IMG/VR virus record: IMGVR_UViG_3300049157_000049
Coordinates: 1 to 61,531 of that record
Length of the DNA: 61,531 nt
Direction: 5' to 3' (one strand)
Source of the DNA: a virus
Lineage: Duplodnaviria > Caudoviricetes
Each line of letters begins with the position of its first letter. Within the stretch, counting starts at the first letter, position 1. A model generated the notes under the pieces. That model made no database searches. It was not told where the DNA came from and worked only from the letters and a program-made list of their open reading frames with translations. Positions 55,800 to 61,531 of this stretch are shown one piece after another. Position numbers and translations under genes: made by a program.

Positions 55800-56126
55800 T
55801 TAAACGTGGATCACAGTGCTGTGGATCCCCTCCTCATCCGCTAGCACATCAATGGCTAAAACCGGCAATCGACTGTGCGGATTGAAATCTGATGGAAACG
55901 TGACAAGACTGTCAGCCGCTATTTTTGTGGTGAGGTTGGTGTACGCACGGCCGATGGAATTTTTCTCTTGTCCGTCGAATCCAATCACGATGCGGACTTT
56001 CTGCTCGATATAAGCGGATACGGAAACGTCCGCGTAACCGATTGGATCACCATTCTGCGCGCGACCTAGAAACTTGTGCACCGTGATAGTAAAGGGCATG
56101 CAGTCTTCCCACAGTGAAATATCCAT
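55800..56126 (-). CDS. Head closure (stopper) protein
   Basis: Position after the adaptor; beta-rich, 108 aa. Confidence 0.7.
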   Translation of the reverse strand: MDISLWEDCMPFTITVHKFLGRAQNGDPIGYADVSVSAYIEQKVRIVIGFDGQEKNSIGRAYTNLTTKIAADSLVTFPSDFNPHSRLPVLAIDVLADEEGIHSTVIHV

Positions 56127-56785
56127 TACGCAAATCCTTCCACTGTCATTGCGCGAGCTAGCAACATCTCAGCTCGATCGGGGATACCATGTAGCGACTG
56201 CGCCAAGGCGAATTCAATTTCAAGCGGTCCGATTTTCTTACGTTTGATGTTGGAGAGCGACTTTCTCCCCGCGAACCAATCCTTCACGATTTCGATCCCA
56301 GCCTGTTCGAAAATCAATGGCAGCGTTTCTACTCCCGTGGATGTCGCTGTGGAACCGGGCATTTTGTACCCTGCGGTATAGACAACGGATAAGTCTGTAG
56401 GGTCCTCCCTACCGAAATGGGGTACTTGCGCAAGCGTTGTGTTGAAAGCCTTGACACGTTTACGCCACCCATTTTCACGGAAGAGTATCCCTACCGCTTT
56501 GTCATCTACGACGTAATCCGTAATGATTGACGAATCCAGCGTCACCGACGTAATGTCAGCGATAGGATGCACGGACAGCGGGAGGAAATTATCACCCGAG
56601 CCTGCAAGCGTTTCCGTGTATGTCTGCACGCCCAGTGATGGCACATCTACCACGGACCGGACCGCGTCACTTGCCCGGTCCGCGATAACCGCTAGAAGCG
56701 TGGATGTGGTACCCAATATGCTCTCAAGCGCAGCTACGGTGACAACTCTTTCGTCAGTAGCCGCAGTTGTTACCGTCAGGCCCAT
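56126..56785 (-). CDS. Head-tail adaptor (gp6/gp15-like)
   Basis: TYTE...LPL...PI..ITSV...VVYTAGY...LP...KKIG.LEIEF. Confidence 0.8.
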   Translation of the reverse strand: MGLTVTTAATDERVVTVAALESILGTTSTLLAVIADRASDAVRSVVDVPSLGVQTYTETLAGSGDNFLPLSVHPIADITSVTLDSSIITDYVVDDKAVGILFRENGWRKRVKAFNTTLAQVPHFGREDPTDLSVVYTAGYKMPGSTATSTGVETLPLIFEQAGIEIVKDWFAGRKSLSNIKRKKIGPLEIEFALAQSLHGIPDRAEMLLARAMTVEGFA

Positions 56786-56787
56786 GG

Positions 56788-57066
56788 TTAACCCTCGTCA
56801 TTCTCCGGCTGGGAATAACCGATGACTTCCGCGATCGGATTGTCTGCATGTTTTGGCGACAGATAGCTCGCGACTACCTTTGCGCTGTCGGGCCACGCCG
56901 CTTCATCACCCTTATGATATGGGGGCGCCGACCGCAGAAACCTCAGCACAACCATTCGTGTGCTCTTGGCGCCATTTTCAGTTTTCGATGCGTCGGTCTC
57001 CACAACCGTCGTTGATTCAGTTTTCTCCTCTTTCGATGGAGAGCGTTTCAGTCCGCCTGTAGCCAT
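56788..57066 (-). CDS. Small hypothetical protein in the head operon
   Basis: AGGGGG RBS before ATG 57066. Confidence 0.55.
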   Translation of the reverse strand: MATGGLKRSPSKEEKTESTTVVETDASKTENGAKSTRMVVLRFLRSAPPYHKGDEAAWPDSAKVVASYLSPKHADNPIAEVIGYSQPENDEG

Positions 57067-57803
57067 ACGTACTTTCCCCCTTTGATAAGGCATTCTACCG
57101 TTTCAAAATCCTCATCCGTGTTTATGTCGACCCCGTGAGAGTGGGGCACTTCCATGCCGATAACTTTCGAGGCAGTTCGACTACCTCGTGACAAGAGATA
57201 ACTAACCGGTGTGGCATAAACCGCTCCTGTCTCGACCATGTAAGTATCTTTGTGCGTGAATGATTGCGATATGCCCCGATCGGTGCCGTTGAGCTGGCGG
57301 ATCAATGTACCGTAGTACCGAGCGTCCAAATGGTTCGAAACAGGATTCTCTGAGCCCCAAAGAAAACTATTGTGTTTTGTTACTGTCATGACAGGCCACT
57401 TAACGCTAAACGCCCGCCCAACGCAATCATCTATCAAGGATGGAACACGAATCGGCGATGTCGGGTGTAGCGTAACTACGACGTCATATCCGCTGAGCTC
57501 CCGTGCTGAGAGACACGAAATCACCGCATGAAACACCACAGGGTCCGTCACGACGTCATCAGCGGCTAAATCTTCCCTGCGCTCGAACGAGACCACATTC
57601 TGCCCGTAGTTTTCTCGCGTGTAGGCAAGCACCTCTTGGTCATCAGACGTTACGATGGTCTTCTCGACATGGCGCGACTCTTTCACACTACGCAATGTGT
57701 AGTCAATGAGTGGCCGCCCTGCGAGATCCCGCATGTTTTTGCCTGGAACACGCGACGAGTTTTTGCGTGCTGGGATGACAGCGATCGCTTTGATTTCACT
57801 CAT
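57048..57803 (-). CDS. CMP-N-acylneuraminate synthetase-like cytidylyltransferase (NeuA/PseF/LegF family)
   Basis: AVIPAR..S.RVPGKN...LAGRPLI, TSDD, R..DLA.D, LHPTSP.R, ETGAVY, DINT..DF. Confidence 0.9.
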   Translation of the reverse strand: MSEIKAIAVIPARKNSSRVPGKNMRDLAGRPLIDYTLRSVKESRHVEKTIVTSDDQEVLAYTRENYGQNVVSFERREDLAADDVVTDPVVFHAVISCLSARELSGYDVVVTLHPTSPIRVPSLIDDCVGRAFSVKWPVMTVTKHNSFLWGSENPVSNHLDARYYGTLIRQLNGTDRGISQSFTHKDTYMVETGAVYATPVSYLLSRGSRTASKVIGMEVPHSHGVDINTDEDFETVECLIKGGKYVWLQAD

Positions 57804-58627
57804 TGCTGCCATCCTTTTTTCATTTCTTCGGTCTGCCGCTCGATAGACTCCGCAGTTTTTTCGAGATCTCGCCCGCGACGGTGCTGCGTCAATAATGTGG
57901 TGAGCTCAATCATTTGCAGTCGAGCAGCTTCATGAATGATACGCTGCGTATCAGCTTGGTCGCGCTGTTTAAGGTTCGCATCTCGGATTGCCGCGAGTTG
58001 TTTTTCTTTCGCCTTGAGAACTTTGACCATGTCGTCGACGAATCCATCAGGTTCTTGGTCGAATCCGTATAGGCAGGATGACGTCATCAGCGCGCCCCCA
58101 TCGGGTATGATAATGTTAATACCCATACCATGCGCGACACCGAGAAAAAATTCTGTGTTCGGTCGTTGATACCCCCACTCCGTATCGTGCGTCATGTCGA
58201 TACCATACAGGTAGATATGCGAATACAACTGTTGTCTGGTGACATGGCGCCAAAGTACGAACGCAAGTGCGTAGGCGACAGTGGATTCAAAGTAGGGAGT
58301 TTTGAGCCGTAGGGCTGCCACCACGTCATCAAGGGGGTACGGCGTGCTTGTCGGGAACTCTTCAATCTCCCGTATGGTGTACAGCGGAATCTTGAGAGAT
58401 TTGTAGTGGTTCGCGATCTTGGGGTACTGCTCTTTGTGGATCTCCCGTAGGTGGCTATCGTGGTGAATTTCGTACCAGTAATCCCACGGGAGATCCGGCA
58501 TGATCATCCATAGGCTGTTCATCCCGTGGAACTCAAAGGACGAATCGCCGATGTGTTGTCGCACAGCTTCCCGCGTTGATGGCGAAAAGCCTACGATTGC
58601 CGCTTTTTTCGCTGATGGTTTCGTCAT
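57800..58627 (-). CDS. Putative sialyltransferase/Maf-like glycosyltransferase
   Basis: AAIVG.SPS, GMN, YFESTVAYALA, IYLYGIDM resemble Cst-II/Maf-type Rossmann motifs; ATGA-coupled to the NeuA-like gene. Confidence 0.5.
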   Translation of the reverse strand: MTKPSAKKAAIVGFSPSTREAVRQHIGDSSFEFHGMNSLWMIMPDLPWDYWYEIHHDSHLREIHKEQYPKIANHYKSLKIPLYTIREIEEFPTSTPYPLDDVVAALRLKTPYFESTVAYALAFVLWRHVTRQQLYSHIYLYGIDMTHDTEWGYQRPNTEFFLGVAHGMGINIIIPDGGALMTSSCLYGFDQEPDGFVDDMVKVLKAKEKQLAAIRDANLKQRDQADTQRIIHEAARLQMIELTTLLTQHRRGRDLEKTAESIERQTEEMKKGWQQ

Positions 58628-58660
58628 TTTGCCCCTCTAGTGTTCAGTGTTTGGTTTTGA

Positions 58661-59170
58661 TTAGCCGCTGGCAGGAAGCTCCTTTGCGCCTCCAAAGATA
58701 GCCACTGCGCCGCCAAAGTGCAGTGAGCTACCTGTGGACGTGCTGTCGATATAGTTTGTTGACGACGGCTGCACTACTACCCGCAGGTACCGGCTGAAAG
58801 TGCGAAATTCGCCCGTGTTCTCGGAGATTGAGAATTCGGAATTTGCCGTCGACGTCGACGTGGTGGCGTTCGTGACCGTGAATGTGCGGCCGGTGGTTCC
58901 GTCGTTTGCCCATGTCGATCCTGCGCCCGATGTGGATGTGCGATCCTGGATGTCCACCTTGAAAGCGAGCGTCCGGCCTGTCGTCAAGCTGTAGGAAAAC
59001 GGCACCGTAAACTTTACGCAGTGGTATTGGCCACGCGAAAGCCCACTGACACGATCAATCTGGATTCCATTGATAGAATCCGCGTTGTTCGTGGCACCGC
59101 TGTCAAAGCTCGCTTGAGGCGCAAGCGCAACAACCGATTCTGTGTAAGCTCCAATATCGTATGCGTGCAT
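58661..59170 (-). CDS. Capsid decoration/minor head protein, Ser/Thr-rich
   Basis: Directly after MCP; NG..IDR...RYLRVV pattern. Confidence 0.7.
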   Translation of the reverse strand: MHAYDIGAYTESVVALAPQASFDSGATNNADSINGIQIDRVSGLSRGQYHCVKFTVPFSYSLTTGRTLAFKVDIQDRTSTSGAGSTWANDGTTGRTFTVTNATTSTSTANSEFSISENTGEFRTFSRYLRVVVQPSSTNYIDSTSTGSSLHFGGAVAIFGGAKELPASG

Positions 59171-59227
59171 TTCTTACTCTCCCTTTGTTTTATACGGCGT
59201 TTCGATCCCCGTAACGTGCGCTTGTCG

Positions 59228-60454
59228 TTACGATGCAGGGATCGAATCCCAAGTGACAGCAGTCTTGACCACAATCGCATCCGGCTGTCGAGTGATGATG
59301 TCAGTACGGATAACGTACCGAACGACCGTCTGCAGCATCGAGAACGAAGAGACGACGTTTGAGCCGTCGTGGTACGCCGCATCTTCAGAGACAGTGATTT
59401 CGATTCCACCCAGCGAACCGAGCACGATTTCCGCGAAGTCCACAAGGTAGAGCTCGGTTTCGTCCCCACCGCTTCCAAGGTTCCGGGGAATCTGTTTGGA
59501 GACGACGAACGGGAACCCGAAGAGCCGGCCCTGGTTAACCTCACTACGGAACACGGGATTGGCGTTCGCATCCAGCGCTGTAAAGAGCGCTTTCCACGTT
59601 CGCGGCTCCATAATCCACCCAACTTCGGTCATTGGGACGTTCGCGTCCATAAGAGCTTGAATCATCCCACCAAGATCGCTTACGACGTTGGTTACGTTGA
59701 CGGTGCTGTTCGCATCCGAAACGTTTCCAGACGACGCGAGATGACGAAGCCCCCGGGGCTGCCCGTCTGACCCATCCGCACGCAAGTAAGCGAGATCCGA
59801 CGCGAGCACGGCATCCATGACAACGTCGTCCCGCACGAACGCAGGGGCGTCCGTTGCGGCACTGATGATCAAGTCGTTCGAAATCGGCACGACACCCGCA
59901 TAGGTCTTCGGGATGAGCTGTACGGAACCGAATGCGGGTTGGGTGGCCGGCGCGTTTTGGCTCTCACCAATCCAGCCGCCAGACGCTCCAGTCGTGTGTT
60001 TTGGAATCCGGATCGAGCCGGTGCCGGACCCTGGCTCGAACGTGAGACGGCGGGGGTTGAACGCGCTGAAAACCTCCCGGTTGCGGAGTAGTTCGATAAT
60101 GTCGGGCGAGACCGCTTCCGTCAGAAGGAACCCACCGTCAGTAGCCGATCCGGCCGTGAGCGCCTTCTCAAATTCCGTGAGCCCGTGTTTGTCATCCTTG
60201 TACCATTTGGTCGCAGCGTACGCACCCGCGCGCTCCAGATTTCCTCGAGAATGCATGAGAGACAGAAGCAACTCGCCGCTTCTAGCTCTCTTATCCCTTT
60301 TTTCCTTGGCTTGCATGAAGTCGATGACTTGAGCGGTCGTGTCCGTCGCGGCTTCTTTCGCTTTGCGCTCCCGCTGTTCCTCTTTCTCAGCAATGCCGGC
60401 TTCCTTGAAGCATTCAGTCACAGCCTGTTGAATATCCTTAACCGTGAGACCCAT
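59228..60454 (-). CDS. Major capsid protein (HK97 fold)
   Basis: DGGFL...IIELLR, WIGE, PKT...VPISNDL, DG..GQP.GL, GRLFGFP. Confidence 0.96.
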   Translation of the reverse strand: MGLTVKDIQQAVTECFKEAGIAEKEEQRERKAKEAATDTTAQVIDFMQAKEKRDKRARSGELLLSLMHSRGNLERAGAYAATKWYKDDKHGLTEFEKALTAGSATDGGFLLTEAVSPDIIELLRNREVFSAFNPRRLTFEPGSGTGSIRIPKHTTGASGGWIGESQNAPATQPAFGSVQLIPKTYAGVVPISNDLIISAATDAPAFVRDDVVMDAVLASDLAYLRADGSDGQPRGLRHLASSGNVSDANSTVNVTNVVSDLGGMIQALMDANVPMTEVGWIMEPRTWKALFTALDANANPVFRSEVNQGRLFGFPFVVSKQIPRNLGSGGDETELYLVDFAEIVLGSLGGIEITVSEDAAYHDGSNVVSSFSMLQTVVRYVIRTDIITRQPDAIVVKTAVTWDSIPAS

Positions 60455-60472
60455 GATTTATCTCCTTACGAA

Positions 60473-61363
60473 TTAGTCCTGTAGTTTACCGGACTGATGA
60501 ACGGTGGTCATTTTCTTTCTTGCGGTAATTTCGGTCATGACGATTTGTTTCAGCTCATCCCTTGTTATATCGAGCGTTTCATCGTCCGAATCCTCCTCAT
60601 CGGCTTCGATGGAGGTTTCCGATTTTGCGTCACCCGACCCAACACGAAGGGTCTCGTTATCGTCTAGTTTGCGCGCGCTGGCCATGACAAGATCCTTAAT
60701 ATCAGGATCATACTGCATGAGCTCAAGCGTCACAGCGACCTCGTCGGGAATACCCGAGAGACTCGTCTGGGCGGGTGACACAACTTTTGCGAGATTATGA
60801 ACGTTTGATGCCTTGATTTTGTCGGCCATTTCGCAGATCCAATCTTTCATTGGGTTGATGTTGTAGCCTTGGGCTGAAGCTACCAGTATCGCGTCTGCGT
60901 TTGCGGGGATCGTCACGACACTCCACTCGGTAAGCTCTTGGCGCATGAAATTGATGCCACCACGTTCGTCATCAAACGAGAATTCGAGGGGGCGAAATCC
61001 GACGCTGGCGGCCTTTAGGAACCCACCCACGAGGAGCTGGAACACGGACTCCGCGAGAGGATTCTGCTCTGCCGTAGCAAACTGCGCCCGAGAGCGAATC
61101 TGGCGGGCGGTTTTGCGGAGTCGGATAGACCGGCCAATGGGCGGCGTGTCCCGGGAGTGCATCCACAGGACCAAGGGGTTTTGCTCGAACGCGGCAGTCT
61201 CCCACCCCGCAGGGTTGATCACGTCGTTGTCACGATCGACTGAACCGGTCGTGATTATAAAATCAGCAGTACGCGCCTCGCGGTTTACCGCTTTGACGCT
61301 TGAGCCGAAGTTTTTAATGACAAAATCCGGGGCATCAGTCATATGGCTAGCCTCCTCTTGCAT
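60473..61363 (-). CDS. HK97-family prohead protease
   Basis: VDRDNDVI, NPLVLWMH...PIG, AASVGF, ELTEWSVVTIPAN..A. Confidence 0.93.
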   Translation of the reverse strand: MQEEASHMTDAPDFVIKNFGSSVKAVNREARTADFIITTGSVDRDNDVINPAGWETAAFEQNPLVLWMHSRDTPPIGRSIRLRKTARQIRSRAQFATAEQNPLAESVFQLLVGGFLKAASVGFRPLEFSFDDERGGINFMRQELTEWSVVTIPANADAILVASAQGYNINPMKDWICEMADKIKASNVHNLAKVVSPAQTSLSGIPDEVAVTLELMQYDPDIKDLVMASARKLDDNETLRVGSGDAKSETSIEADEEDSDDETLDITRDELKQIVMTEITARKKMTTVHQSGKLQD

Positions 61364-61531
61364 TAAAACGCAACCAAATTACGCCTGTCAAACGGTAACC
61401 CGCTGTGTTTAGAGAAAGTTAAGGGGTTTGGTATGTTGGTTTAGCCGTACAAGTACAAAACGGAAGAAAGGTTTACGGGGAATTTTTCGCGGGGGGTGTT
61501 GCAGGATTAAATTTAGTCATCTGACTCCGGT

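Noticed and set aside
61520-61531. 12-bp terminal repeat as attL/attR of a prophage
   Set aside because: It lies inside the portal gene, no integrase is present and no host flank exists; best read as a circularisation overlap.

Overview
The window is an apparently complete, circularly closed dsDNA tailed-phage genome of about 61,519 bp with siphovirus-type morphogenesis genes (HK97-fold capsid, tail tube, G/GT chaperones, tape measure, no sheath). The last 12 nt duplicate the first 12 nt, and a portal gene missing from the supplied ORF track runs across that junction. The minus strand carries portal, protease, capsid, neck and tail genes, then a replication module (DinG/XPD-like helicase, SSB-like protein, PD-(D/E)XK nuclease, AAA ATPase, ERCC4 nuclease, UDG-fused PolA) and many small accessory genes. 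A plus-strand island carries dam, a MazG-like gene and thyX. TerL sits alone on the plus strand, about 18 kb from TerS. I found no integrase, primase, reverse transcriptase, tRNA or CRISPR array, and the host cannot be determined. Main candidate new system: the ~1341-aa tail-tip protein ends in 44 tandem C-[Q/E]-x-x repeats and is translationally coupled to a radical SAM/SPASM enzyme, suggesting RiPP-like modification of a virion protein. Other highlights: a CMP-nonulosonate synthetase plus a sialyltransferase-like gene inside the capsid operon, two tandem FGE/CLec genes with a DGR-type variation signature but no RT or template in the genome, a nested hairpin/convergent-promoter region beside terS, a repeated palindromic operator in sigma70 promoters, and a candidate multi-stem ncRNA. 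All family assignments come from motif recognition by eye, not database searches.
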